From: Edaphobacter sp.
Lineage (GTDB): Bacteria > Acidobacteriota > Terriglobia > Terriglobales > Acidobacteriaceae
Assembly: GCA_965277545.1 (NCBI GenBank)
Contig: OZ255826.1
Span: forward strand, 1,628,817-1,692,816
Length of the DNA: 64,000 nt
Direction of reading: 5' to 3'
Below, piece by piece: positions 53,335 through 62,695 of the stretch (the stretch's first letter is position 1; the number at the start of each line of letters is the position of its first letter). The notes beneath the pieces are model-generated. The model worked only from the letters and a program-made list of their open reading frames with translations. It did not search any database and was not told the DNA's origin. Both the position numbers and the translations under genes were made by a program.

Positions 53335-54096
53335 CTAGCTGAAGGCAGCAGTGGTGGCGATGCTGATGAAAAAGATCAGGATCCACCAGCCCAGGATGAC
53401 GGCAGCGGCTTTGCCTCGGCTCACCTTGGCGACGATGGCCGTGCCGAGGATCAGCAGGAGCAGATTCCAGATGCCGATGATGTCCAAGAAGCTGAGCGCG
53501 GTCTTGAGCGCGGGCGAGGCATCGGCCAGATAGTAGGCAGGGTTGGTGCCGACGGCATTCTTGAGATCAAAGCTGTCCTGGTTACTCCCGAAGGCGAGGG
53601 TGAGCATAGTCAGCAGGCCGCTGAGGAGCCTGGGCAGCGAGGCGTACATCCAGAGGCAGAACATCTGCGCGAACGTAGTCTGCGCGCCGAGGCCGAAGTT
53701 GACGGTGCCCATCAGCACGAGGGCGCCGATCGCCGAGAAGGCGAGGATGAACAAGGGTGAGGCATACGAGGTGTAGCGATAGCCGGCCGCCATGCCTTTG
53801 ACGCGGGCGGCGCGCTGGTCCGGCGTGAGGCTCGCGAGCTGATCTTCTTGTTTCGGGCTCGCGTGGATGGTGTTCTCGACGACGCGGTCGAAACCTACCC
53901 GGCGGTCGATAGTGAAGGTGACGGCGAGGGTCACGATCACGGCGAGCAGAAAGGGCACCCACCAGGTCGTGCTGCGGAGGATATCGGCGAAGGTCTTGGA
54001 GGGGGCGAGGAAGGTATCGACGACGCGCTCGGTCTGGGTGAGGCCGGCCGCGGCGGGCTGGTCGTGGGTGGCGGCGAGGGAGGCGGGGTCATTCAT
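53335..54096 (-). CDS. Yip1-domain membrane protein
   Basis: Start taken at ATG 54096 (MNDPAS..). A soluble N-terminus is followed by 5 TM helices in the Yip1/DUF1282 arrangement (pattern recognition only). Confidence 0.6.
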   Translation of the reverse strand: MNDPASLAATHDQPAAAGLTQTERVVDTFLAPSKTFADILRSTTWWVPFLLAVIVTLAVTFTIDRRVGFDRVVENTIHASPKQEDQLASLTPDQRAARVKGMAAGYRYTSYASPLFILAFSAIGALVLMGTVNFGLGAQTTFAQMFCLWMYASLPRLLSGLLTMLTLAFGSNQDSFDLKNAVGTNPAYYLADASPALKTALSFLDIIGIWNLLLLILGTAIVAKVSRGKAAAVILGWWILIFFISIATTAAFS

Positions 54097-54258
54097 GCCT
54101 GGTCTCCTTGCAAATTCGGTTCGCTGGCTGCTTCTCGTTTCCTGATGCTTGCGGCTCTTTGCGCTGCGGTGCCGTTTTGCCTGATGTTTCCCTCTGTGCC
54201 AGTCCGCCTTCGTTGCGGACAGCGTAGGGTTTGCGGTGCTGCCGGATTGTAGCCCGCT

Positions 54259-54867
54259 TTGGCGGCTCATCCCACGGAAATTTCGCGTCAGGACGGCGAA
54301 GGTTTAGGAATGGCTCGAAGTCCGCTGATGGTTTGCGGTGGTCTTGCCGATGACCAGAGCAGACGAACGATGATTGCCGGAGCGGATGTGGATTCGAGCC
54401 AGAGTATGGACGAGGACTTAGCGGAGATAATGACTGCGGATTCGGCCTCGGACGAACAGGCAGCTCCGAATGCGGCGCAGGCTGGCGGCGAAGATGCTGC
54501 TGGATTCGCCGGCCTCAACGACAGGCGTCACGCGCTGGAGGGCTCGGTCGATCGGCGGGAGCATACCCGGTACACGGTCGATGCATGGGCTGAGGTGATG
54601 GTGAAGGACGGCACGATGTTGTTTCGCGGACGCGTGCTGGACCTGAGCCTGGGCGGATGTTATGTGGAGACCGAGGCGCGGCTGCGACTGGCTCCGGGCA
54701 CTCCGGTGGAGATGGTCTTTCGGCTCGGAGAGCGGGTGTTCCGGTGCGAGGCGGTGAGCCGGATGATGCGGACGCATGGGGCCGGGTTCTTGTTTGACAT
54801 GGAGGGTGGAAGAATGCGGCGGCAGCTCGAAGGATTTCTGGAAGCGTTGAGCACGTGTGATGCTTAG
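54259..54867 (+). CDS. PilZ domain protein
   Basis: ..RREHTRYTV.. (RxxxR) and ..VLDLSLGGCYVE.. (D/NxSxxG) are the c-di-GMP-binding PilZ motifs. The start is uncertain (54259, 54310 or later). Confidence 0.7.
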   Translation: MAAHPTEISRQDGEGLGMARSPLMVCGGLADDQSRRTMIAGADVDSSQSMDEDLAEIMTADSASDEQAAPNAAQAGGEDAAGFAGLNDRRHALEGSVDRREHTRYTVDAWAEVMVKDGTMLFRGRVLDLSLGGCYVETEARLRLAPGTPVEMVFRLGERVFRCEAVSRMMRTHGAGFLFDMEGGRMRRQLEGFLEALSTCDA

Positions 54868-54962
54868 AGAGGTCCGGTGCCTAGCGTCCTTGTTGTCAGC
54901 TGGATTGAAACCCATGTCTGAGAATCCAGACATGGGGCACCCGGTACCCGGCAAGTATTTCA

Positions 54963-55338
54963 TCACACTACTATGCCCGCGTGGGCGGCTATAACTTGCC
55001 AAGTCTTGTGAGGAGAAAGGGCCCAAACCGTGTGAACCGAAAATCGCCATTGGCGGGATTGCCACCGTAGGTGCCTGACAACTGCATTCTTACCGATACG
55101 ACCGCAACGTCATCATCGAGTCAACGTGCTGCTCGGAAGGCTTCAACTCCTTGACCTTGAGCATTCCTGATCGGTGAGCCGACAGATCATCTTCCTTCCC
55201 TTGCAACTGGCCTAGATGGTTTGTGAAGATCAGCTCAGGGGCTAACAACTAGTCCAAGGCGCTTACATCCGAGCCAATCATCGCCGCTCTGAGCCTATCT
55301 TCTGCATCAATGATCTGAGCTTCCACTGTCTGATTCAT
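54963..55338 (-). pseudogene. Decayed DUF4440/NTF2-like gene (nonsense codon plus frameshifts)
   Basis: Minus strand from ATG 55338: MNQTVEAQIIDAEDRLRAAMIGSDVSALD-TAG(55251-55249)-LLAPELIFTNHLGQLQGKEDDLSAHRSGMLKVKELKPSEQHV.. then a stop at 55092. Other frames continue ..GTYGGNPANGDFRFTR.. and ..HTVWALSPHKTWQVIAAHAGIVV-stop (54965-54963). Confidence 0.6.
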
Positions 55339-55386
55339 AGAGTCTCTTGTAAACAGTGTAAACCGGTTGCCCGAGCGCGTTTCGAC

Positions 55387-55869
55387 TTACGTCGTGTGAT
55401 CGATGATGATCTTCCAGCCTTTGTCCGTCTTTTCGAAGACGAGGGAGAAGAGACCGTCGGCATTGCCGCCCTCTTTTTTGACGCGGTCGAGGTGGTATTT
55501 GCCGAGGACGACAGCGTAGTTCTCGTCGAGCGGACGCACTTCGAGCTCGGAGAAGGTGAGGGTGCCCATGGCGGCACGGGTGGGATAGTCGTGCTTGTAG
55601 GAATCGAGCAGGCCGGCGTAGCCGCGGGCGATGCTGCGCGTGATGAAGAGCGTGTCGGGCGCGTCCTTGTAGCCGCTGGCGAAACCGGCGAGATCGCCTT
55701 TGTTCCAGGCCTTCTCCTGTGCGAGGAGCACCTTGATGACGTCGAGCTCCTGGCGGGTGGCGGTGTGGAGCGGGTTCGGCTGCTGCGCATGGAGCCGGGC
55801 CGGCAGCAGAGCGGGAGTGAGCAGCGGAACGGCAAGAAGAGCGGCGCGCAGGCGAGAGCGTGAGAGCAT
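55387..55869 (-). CDS. exported DUF4440/SnoaL-like (NTF2 fold) protein
   Basis: Signal peptide. ..ELDVIKVLLAQEKAWNKGDLAGFASGY.. and ..GLFSLVFEKTDKGWKIIIDH are typical of the NTF2-like DUF4440 family. Confidence 0.7.
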   Translation of the reverse strand: MLSRSRLRAALLAVPLLTPALLPARLHAQQPNPLHTATRQELDVIKVLLAQEKAWNKGDLAGFASGYKDAPDTLFITRSIARGYAGLLDSYKHDYPTRAAMGTLTFSELEVRPLDENYAVVLGKYHLDRVKKEGGNADGLFSLVFEKTDKGWKIIIDHTT

Positions 55870-56161
55870 GATGAAACCTCGGAGTGGCCAGAGCCTGGTT
55901 CAGGCTCGTTTCGATCGCGGCGAATGCGTTTCCACCGTGAGTGTACCCGACAGAAGAAACACCATGACGCCGCATGGGAGGAACAACAAGAAGGACAAGC
56001 GCAACATCGCGTGCTGTGGCGTTGCCTCAGTCTAGACGGCGGTCAGAACGGTAATCCGGAGAAATCGGCGGATTGCATTCCACGGGACAACGGCGGGGCC
56101 ACACTTTGTGAAACGATCTTTGCCCCTTGGCGGATTCTCCACAGCATGGGGCAGCGGTGAT

Positions 56162-56770
56162 TCAGCCGTGTTCTGGTGGTCTCTTCTGAAAGTGGGTGAC
56201 GGCGGCAGTGGGATAAACCCAGACCAGCGTGACCAGCGCGATCACTCCGAGGGCGAGATAGGAGTGACGGAGGGCGAGCGGAATGGCCGTGAGATACAGC
56301 AGGAGCGAGAGATAGTTCTTGCGTTCGACGGCGATATCCTCGGTCTCGATAAGGCCGTTCTTTGCCAAGCGATGACGAATGGCGATGCGCAGCAGCAGAA
56401 AGCTGAAGCCGATGAAGAGGAGCGAGACGATGTAGAGGATGACGGCGAAGGCGTCCATTTTTTTGTCGATGAGGTAGGACGTGAAAAATGGAATGAGGGA
56501 AAGGAAGAACAGGAAGACGAGGTTGGCGTAGAGGATCGCGGTGTCGGCCTCTTCCGTGCGGTGGAGGAGGTGGTGGTGGTTGATCCAGTAAATGCTCACG
56601 AAGGCAAAAGAGAGCGCGTAGACGCCGAGCGTGGGCAGCACGGCGCGCAGGCCTGGGAGACCGTCCTGGCGGGGAACCTTGAGCTCGAGCACCATGATGG
56701 TGATGATGACGGCGATGACTCCATCGGAGAAGGCTTCGAGGCGGGCTGGGGAACTTGGTTTGTGGCTCAT
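56162..56770 (-). CDS. TMEM175 family potassium channel (DUF1211)
   Basis: Start taken at ATG 56770. RLEAFSDGVIAVIITIMVLEL is the family signature helix, and six TM segments are present. The upstream part of track ORF 56162-57151 reads through repeat A and is antisense to the neighbouring gene. Confidence 0.8.
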   Translation of the reverse strand: MSHKPSSPARLEAFSDGVIAVIITIMVLELKVPRQDGLPGLRAVLPTLGVYALSFAFVSIYWINHHHLLHRTEEADTAILYANLVFLFFLSLIPFFTSYLIDKKMDAFAVILYIVSLLFIGFSFLLLRIAIRHRLAKNGLIETEDIAVERKNYLSLLLYLTAIPLALRHSYLALGVIALVTLVWVYPTAAVTHFQKRPPEHG

Positions 56771-56776
56771 AAGTGT

Positions 56777-56895
56777 GTCCTGCCGGACGGGCTCGCTGCG
56801 CGCAGCGCGGTCGCTTCGTGACGTGTTTACCCTTTCTCGGCGAGTGGAATGCTCCGGGCCTCCCATCGGTCGGCATGACACCTCTTCGGCAGGAC
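56777..56895. repeat. Repeat family A, short (internally deleted) copy
   Basis: GTCCTGCCGGACGGGCTCGCTGCGCGCAGCGCGGTCGCTTCGTGACGTGT...CTCTTCGGCAGGAC, lying between two divergent start codons. Confidence 0.75.
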
Positions 56896-56907
56896 TAGAA
56901 TAATCGC

Positions 56908-59100
56908 ATGGGAACAACTTCCACGCCATCCACGCGAGTCGTCCATGCCGTGTGTTCGCTGGACTGTCCGGACTCGTGCGGCGTGTTGGTGACAGTGGAC
57001 GAAGGATCGGGCCGGGCGGTGAAGGTGCAGGGCGATCCGGCGCATCCGGTGACGCGTGGCTTTCTGTGCGGCAAGGTGGCGAAGTATCTGGACCGCGTGT
57101 ACTCGCCGGAGCGGCTGCTGTACCCGATGCGCCGCAGAGCCGGAGTGCCAAAGGGGCCGCTGGTTCATGGGCGCGAGGCAGAGGCGTTTGAGCGGATCTC
57201 TTGGGACGAGGCGCTCGACGAGATTGCGGCGAAGCTGACGCGGATCGCGGCGGAGTATGGGCCCGAGAGCATCCTGCCGTACAGCTATGCCGGGACGATC
57301 GGGCAGCTGAGCTTCGGGTCGATGGACCGCCGCTTCTTTCATCGGTCGGGCGCTTCGCAGCTGGACCGGACGATCTGCTCGACCACCGGCGGCGCGGCGC
57401 TGACCAGCGTGTACGGTGTCAAGCTGGGCACGGCTCCCGAGAACTTTGCGCATGCGGGGCTGATCCTCGCGTGGGGCGCGAACATCCATGGGAACAACGT
57501 TCACCTGTGGCCGTTTATTGAAGAGGCGAGGCGTGCGGGAGCGAAGCTGGTAGTGATTGACCCATACCGGACGCGAACGGCGGCTCTCGCGGATGAGCAT
57601 CTGGCGATCCATCCCGGCACCGACGCGGCGCTGGCGCTCGGCATGATGCATGTGATCTTGCGCGAGGGCCTCGAGGATCGCGAGTATCTTGCGGAGTGCA
57701 CGAAGGGATTTGCCGAGCTGCGCATCCATGCCCTGCGGCCGGAGCATGCGGCGGAGCGGGTGGCCGCGGTGACGGGCATTGCAGCCGATGCGATCGTGCG
57801 ACTGGCGAGAGCGTATGGGACGGCGGGACGCGGTGGGGCTGAGAACGTCGCGGAAGCGTCACGGCCAGCGGTCATTCGGCTGAACTACGGCATTCAGCGG
57901 AGCGAGTTCGGCGGCGCCGCGGCGCGGGCGGTCTGCATGCTGCCGCTGCTGACCGGCTCGTGGAAACGCAGGGGCGGCGGCCTGCAGCTTTCCACCTCGG
58001 GCGCATTTCCCTTCGATGCGAAGGCGCTGCAAATGCCGGAGCTGATGCTGGCCGGCCCGCTGGGACGCGCTGCGCGGGTGGTGAATATGACGCAGCTCGG
58101 CGCGGCTTTGACGAAGCTGGGTGCGAATGGAGCTGCGGACGGGCCGCCGGTCAAGGCGCTGTTTGTCTACAACTCGAATGCGGCGGCGGTGGCTCCAAAC
58201 CAGAACGATGTGCTGCGCGGATTACGGCGCGAGGATTTGTTTACCGTGGTGCACGAGCAGTTCTTTACCGATACGGCGGACTATGCGGATGTGCTGCTGC
58301 CGGCGCCGACGTTCCTCGAGGTGAAGGATGTGCAGGGCGCATATGGGCATACCTTCGTGCAGGTGAGCTCGCGGGCCATCGCGCCGCTGGGCGAGGCGCG
58401 GAGCAATGTGGCGATGTTCGGCGCGCTGGCGCAGCACATGGGATTTGCCGAGGCGTGCTTTCGCGATACCGAGGACGAGCTGATCGATCAGGCGCTGGGC
58501 TCGGGTGATGCATGGTTTGCGGGAGTGACGCGGGAGCGGCTGGAGCGCGAGGAACATATACCGCTGGCGTTGCCGGCGAACGCGGCCGGCGAGGTGCTGC
58601 CCTTCAGCACTGCGGATTGGTTTCGCACGCCCAGCGGACGCGGCGAGCTGACGCCGGTGCCGGTCTTTACCGCGCCGAGAGAGTCGCGCGCGCATGCCGC
58701 GGAAGGCGAGTATCCGCTGGAGTTTTTACCGCGCAAGGCGGACAACTATATGAACTCGACGTTCGCGAATCTTGCGGCTCATCGCAAAATGGAGTTGCGG
58801 ACGGCGGGGGTGCTCGAGATGCATGCGGTGGATGCGGCCGCGCGATCGATTGCGACGGGCGATGCTGTCGAGGTTTTCAACGGGCGCGGCAGCATCGAGC
58901 TGCAAGCGATGGTCAATGCGCAGGTGACCGCAGGCGTGGTGGCGGCGCGGCTGGACTGGAACAAGCTTTCCCCCCGTGGGGCCAAGTACGGCGGGAATGT
59001 GAATGCGTTGACGTCTGAGCGGCTGACCGATCTCGGAGGCGGGGCCACATTTTATTCGACTCTGGTCGAGGTGAGGAAAGTGAACGATGCAGGCAGGTGA
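56908..59100 (+). CDS. molybdopterin (bis-MGD) oxidoreductase family protein
   Basis: N-terminal 4Fe-4S motif HAVCSLDCPDSCGV..(x)..FLCGK. Molybdopterin-binding and C-terminal MopB_CT-like barrel (..VEVFNGRGSIEL.A.V..). No Tat leader. Confidence 0.85.
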   Translation: MGTTSTPSTRVVHAVCSLDCPDSCGVLVTVDEGSGRAVKVQGDPAHPVTRGFLCGKVAKYLDRVYSPERLLYPMRRRAGVPKGPLVHGREAEAFERISWDEALDEIAAKLTRIAAEYGPESILPYSYAGTIGQLSFGSMDRRFFHRSGASQLDRTICSTTGGAALTSVYGVKLGTAPENFAHAGLILAWGANIHGNNVHLWPFIEEARRAGAKLVVIDPYRTRTAALADEHLAIHPGTDAALALGMMHVILREGLEDREYLAECTKGFAELRIHALRPEHAAERVAAVTGIAADAIVRLARAYGTAGRGGAENVAEASRPAVIRLNYGIQRSEFGGAAARAVCMLPLLTGSWKRRGGGLQLSTSGAFPFDAKALQMPELMLAGPLGRAARVVNMTQLGAALTKLGANGAADGPPVKALFVYNSNAAAVAPNQNDVLRGLRREDLFTVVHEQFFTDTADYADVLLPAPTFLEVKDVQGAYGHTFVQVSSRAIAPLGEARSNVAMFGALAQHMGFAEACFRDTEDELIDQALGSGDAWFAGVTRERLEREEHIPLALPANAAGEVLPFSTADWFRTPSGRGELTPVPVFTAPRESRAHAAEGEYPLEFLPRKADNYMNSTFANLAAHRKMELRTAGVLEMHAVDAAARSIATGDAVEVFNGRGSIELQAMVNAQVTAGVVAARLDWNKLSPRGAKYGGNVNALTSERLTDLGGGATFYSTLVEVRKVNDAGR

Positions 59101-60094
59101 AGCGGTGGTGCTGCCGGGCCTCGAAGAGATTCGAGCGGCGGCAAGCTTGATCTATCAGACGATGCCGGCGACGCCGCAGTATAGCTGGCCGCTGATCAAC
59201 GAGCGGGCTTCGGCTTCGGGCGAGCTGACCGAGGTATGGGTGAAGCATGAGAACCATACGCCGGTGGGCGCGTTCAAGGTGCGCGGCGGCCTCGTGTATA
59301 TGGAGTGGCTGCGGCGCGAGCGGCCGGAGGTGAAGACTGTCGTGTCCGCGACGCGCGGCAATCATGGGCAGTCGATGGCCTTTGCCGCCGCGCAGTATGG
59401 CATTCACGTGGTCATTGTCGTGCCGCGGGGCAACAGCCTGGAGAAAAACCATGCGATGCGGGCTCTAGGAGCGGAGCTGGTGGAGGCAGGAGACGACTTC
59501 CAAGAGGCGGTCGAACATGCGACGCATCTGGAGCAGGAGAATGGGTGGCATCGGGTGCCGAGCTTCGATCTGCGGCTGGTGACGGGCGTGGCCACGTATG
59601 CTCTCGAGATGTTTGAGGCGAGTCCGCCGCTCGAGACGGTGTACGTGCCCATCGGGATGGGCTCGGGAGTGTGCGGAACGATTGCGGCGCGCAATGCGCT
59701 GAGACTGAAGACCAAGGTGGTGGGCGTGGTGTCACGGCATGCGCCCGCCTACGCGCTGTCGTTTGCCGCGGGGCATGTGATCGAGCATGAAGCGCGAACC
59801 GAGATCGCCGATGGCGTGGCCTGCCGCAAGCCCGACGCGGCGACGCTTGAGGTGATGAAGGCGGGCATGGATCGCGTGCTGATGATCGACGACGAGGAGG
59901 TAAAGAATGCGATGCGGGCGTACTTCGTCGATACGCATAATGTTGCGGAAGGCGCGGGGGCGATCGGTCTGGCGGCGCTGCTGAAGGATCGCGGCGAAGG
60001 CGGCCGGGTGGTGGGTACGGTGCTGTGCGGCGGCAATGTGGATAGCGATGTCTTCGCGGAAATCCTCTGCCGCGACGGCGTGAGGGCGATATAG
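59087..60094 (+). CDS. PLP-dependent threonine/serine dehydratase family protein
   Basis: ..KHENHTPVGAFKVRGG.. holds the PLP lysine. ..ATRGNHGQS.. and ..GMGSG.CG.. fit the fold-type II family. No ACT domain. Overlaps the upstream gene by 14 nt. Confidence 0.85.
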   Translation: MQAGEAVVLPGLEEIRAAASLIYQTMPATPQYSWPLINERASASGELTEVWVKHENHTPVGAFKVRGGLVYMEWLRRERPEVKTVVSATRGNHGQSMAFAAAQYGIHVVIVVPRGNSLEKNHAMRALGAELVEAGDDFQEAVEHATHLEQENGWHRVPSFDLRLVTGVATYALEMFEASPPLETVYVPIGMGSGVCGTIAARNALRLKTKVVGVVSRHAPAYALSFAAGHVIEHEARTEIADGVACRKPDAATLEVMKAGMDRVLMIDDEEVKNAMRAYFVDTHNVAEGAGAIGLAALLKDRGEGGRVVGTVLCGGNVDSDVFAEILCRDGVRAI

Positions 60095-60096
60095 CG

Positions 60097-60282
60097 ATGC
60101 ATGCGGCGGGGTTCCAGTGTGCGGGGTGTGGGGAGTGGGTGGAGACAACGGTGGATGAGTCGGCTGGGTCCAAGCAGCAGTATGTGGAGGACTGCCAAGT
60201 GTGCTGCCAGCCGAATGTGCTGACGGTGCGGTGGGACGGGTCGGCGCAGGAGTTTACAATTTCGGCTGAGCTGGAGAGCTGA
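60097..60282 (+). CDS. CPXCG-motif cysteine-rich small protein
   Basis: ..FQCAGCGEW..(x)..YVEDCQVCCQPN.. matches the CPXCG family pattern. Starts 3 nt after the dehydratase stop. Confidence 0.7.
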   Translation: MHAAGFQCAGCGEWVETTVDESAGSKQQYVEDCQVCCQPNVLTVRWDGSAQEFTISAELES

Positions 60283-60369
60283 AACATCTTGAGCAGACGG
60301 CCATCCTGCGTGAAGTCTCAAGCGCGCACACCGGGTGGACCGCTCGCCGACCTTCTCATCTAGAATCGT

Positions 60370-61995
60370 TTGAGCATGTCTGCAGTGGACTCCGGAACCG
60401 AGGCGAAGAGACGAGTTCCGCGATGGATCACGCATCCAGCGACGGTTGCGTTCGGTTTGGCGAATCTGTATCTGATCGATCTGACCGAGCCGGTGATCGC
60501 GTCCAATCACGAGCTTCTCTATCACCTCACCGGGGCAGCGTCGTCGATTCTCGTTCCCATCATGGTTTATCTGGTGGGGCTCTCGATTTTAATTGCGGGG
60601 CTGCTCCGCCTGGCGGAGAGTCCAGGCAGGCTGCGGATCGCGGTATGGTCAGGCTTCGTCCTGGCGCTGCCTTCGGTTCTCGTGCACACAACGGCGAATC
60701 TCTCCGACCAGGATGTGCCGGACTGGCTGACCTGGCTCATTGCGTCGCTTTGTCTCGCGGCTTTCCTCGCAGCGTGCCTCTTCTGGCGGCGGTTTCAGCC
60801 GCGATTTGAAGCGATCCAGCCGGCGGCGGCGACCATCCTTGGCTTCTTCGCGCTGAGCGGCCTCTTCATCTTCGGGCAGGTGGCCTGGAATGCCTGGCAG
60901 ACGCGCGAGCTGAACGCGCCTCGTCCGCTGCACCAGGCGCGAGCTTCATCGAGTCCGCGTCCGCGCGTGATCTGGCTGCTGCTCGACGAGCTGTCCTATC
61001 AGCAGTTGTTCGAGAGGCGATTTCCCGGGCTCGAGCTGCCGGCCTTCGATCGGCTGGCCGCGCAGTCGACGGTCTTTACGCACGCGGTGGCAGCAGGCCA
61101 GTTTACGCGCTATGTCCTTCCTGCGCTCATTACCGGAATGCCGGCGGAGGAGATTCGTGTCTCGGCCAGCGGCCTTCAGCTCTCGCTCCAGGATCCCGCG
61201 ACCGGCAAGTGGAATCGCTTTCACCAGCATGAGACGGTCTTTCAAGACGCGATCGATGCCGGCTACGGCACTGCGCTCGCCGGGTGGTACAACCCCTACT
61301 GCCGCATTCTGCCGGAGGTGCTCGACCGCTGTGTCTGGACCTACCAGGCGGCGACCCATGGCGATCTTTCCTCGCGTCGTTCGATCGCGGTCAATCTGGT
61401 CCGGCCATTCCGCGATCTTCTTCTCGATCTCGAACACCTCTTCGGACATGGCCCCGGCTCGCCGTCCGAAGAGACCATCGATGTCGAGCAGCACACCTCG
61501 GACTATCTGCGGCTGGTCGCGGCAGGCGACGCCGACCTGAATGATCCGGCGATCACCTTCCTGTTTCTGCATATGCCGATCCCGCATCCGTACGGCTTCT
61601 ACGACCGTCGCACTAGGAGCTTTTCCGCGACGCGTACGTCGTATGTCGACAACCTGGCGCTCGCCGACGTCTATCTCGCGCATCTCCGCAGCGTTCTCGA
61701 GCAGCGGCGCGAGTGGGACTCTGCGACGCTGCTGGTGATGGGCGATCACTCGTGGCGCACAACGGCGATCTGGAAAGACTCGCTGAGCTGGACCGACGAG
61801 GACCAGGCGGCGAGCCATGGTGGGCAGTTCGACGATCGCCCTGCAATGATCCTGAAGCTGCCGCATCAGCGGACGGCGGCTCGGATCGACCAGACCTTCT
61901 CGGCGATCCGGACCCGCGCTCTGCTGGATGCTCTGCTGGCACAGCGCCTTCAGAATCCGCTCGAGCTCGAGCGCTGGGTGACGGAGCAAAGATAG
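60370..61995 (+). CDS. membrane-anchored sulfatase-like (alkaline phosphatase superfamily) hydrolase/transferase
   Basis: About 5 N-terminal TM helices. The catalytic-domain start ..RVIWLLLDELSY.. and the late ..LLVMGDHSW.. resemble metal-ligand motifs of the LTA-synthase/PEtN-transferase-like group. Confidence 0.65.
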   Translation: MSMSAVDSGTEAKRRVPRWITHPATVAFGLANLYLIDLTEPVIASNHELLYHLTGAASSILVPIMVYLVGLSILIAGLLRLAESPGRLRIAVWSGFVLALPSVLVHTTANLSDQDVPDWLTWLIASLCLAAFLAACLFWRRFQPRFEAIQPAAATILGFFALSGLFIFGQVAWNAWQTRELNAPRPLHQARASSSPRPRVIWLLLDELSYQQLFERRFPGLELPAFDRLAAQSTVFTHAVAAGQFTRYVLPALITGMPAEEIRVSASGLQLSLQDPATGKWNRFHQHETVFQDAIDAGYGTALAGWYNPYCRILPEVLDRCVWTYQAATHGDLSSRRSIAVNLVRPFRDLLLDLEHLFGHGPGSPSEETIDVEQHTSDYLRLVAAGDADLNDPAITFLFLHMPIPHPYGFYDRRTRSFSATRTSYVDNLALADVYLAHLRSVLEQRREWDSATLLVMGDHSWRTTAIWKDSLSWTDEDQAASHGGQFDDRPAMILKLPHQRTAARIDQTFSAIRTRALLDALLAQRLQNPLELERWVTEQR

Positions 61996-61996
61996 T

Positions 61997-62193
61997 GTCG
62001 TGCCGGACGGGCCCGCTGCGCGCGGGGCGGTCACTTCGTAACGCGTATACCTTGTCTCGGCGGGGCTTGCAGCATGGGGCCTTCCGTTGGTCGGCGCGAA
62101 GATCTGTGATCCCGACCAACGGGAGGGCCAACCGAAGGGGTATACACGCCACGAAGTGGCCGCCGTCCGCGTAGGACGCTCGTCCGGCAGGAC
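61997..62193. repeat. Repeat family A, full copy
   Basis: GTCGTGCCGGACGGGCCCGCTGCGCGCGGGGCGGTCACTTCGTAACGCGTATACC ... GGTATACACGCCACGAAGTGGCCGCCGTCCGCGTAGGACGCTCGTCCGGCAGGAC. It fills the gap between convergent stop codons (61995 and 62201). Confidence 0.85.
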
Positions 62194-62200
62194 ATGTGCC

Positions 62201-62623
62201 TCAAAAAAAATCCTCGCGTTTGGGCATGACCGCTCCAGCCTTCACCCATCGCTCAACCGTGGCGATGTCGGCCTCCGGCAGCTTGGCGCCCTTCGACGGC
62301 ATCGGCATCGGATTCCCGGCCGGTCCTTCGTGCCGGATCAGGCGCACCAGCAGGCTCTTCTCGGGGTCGCCCGGCACCAGCGCGGGGCCGCTCTTGCCGC
62401 CCTTCAACATGGCCTCGCGCGTCTCCAGGTTGAGGCCGCCGCGATGGTTCATCCAGCCATGGCAGCGATAGCAGTCGGATTGGAAGATCGGCTGCACGGC
62501 CTGGGTGTAGAAGGCAGGGTTGGCGGGATCGGTCACCGTCACCGTGGGACGCATCGCCGTTCCCGAATCGCATCCCGCCAGCACGGCCGCAAACAAACTC
62601 AACGCAACCGCTTCGGCCTTCAT
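62201..62623 (-). CDS. lipoprotein with c-type cytochrome (PSCyt1-like) domain
   Basis: Start taken at Met-19 of the track ORF (MKAEAVALSLFAAVLAGC lipobox). Heme motif CYRCHG, followed by ..GGL.L.TREAMLKGG.SGPALVPGDPEKSLL. Confidence 0.7.
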   Translation of the reverse strand: MKAEAVALSLFAAVLAGCDSGTAMRPTVTVTDPANPAFYTQAVQPIFQSDCYRCHGWMNHRGGLNLETREAMLKGGKSGPALVPGDPEKSLLVRLIRHEGPAGNPMPMPSKGAKLPEADIATVERWVKAGAVMPKREDFF

Positions 62624-62695
62624 GCGAACTCCCCTGTTGCCTGTTAATAGATAAGTATACGGAACCCACCTGAACACTTACACTGGAAGTGGTTC

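Noticed and set aside
54418-55065. 215-aa minus-strand ORF between the PilZ gene and the DUF4440 genes
   Set aside because: It overlaps the PilZ coding region in antisense, and its 5' part is one frame of the decayed DUF4440 pseudogene. It has no motifs of its own.
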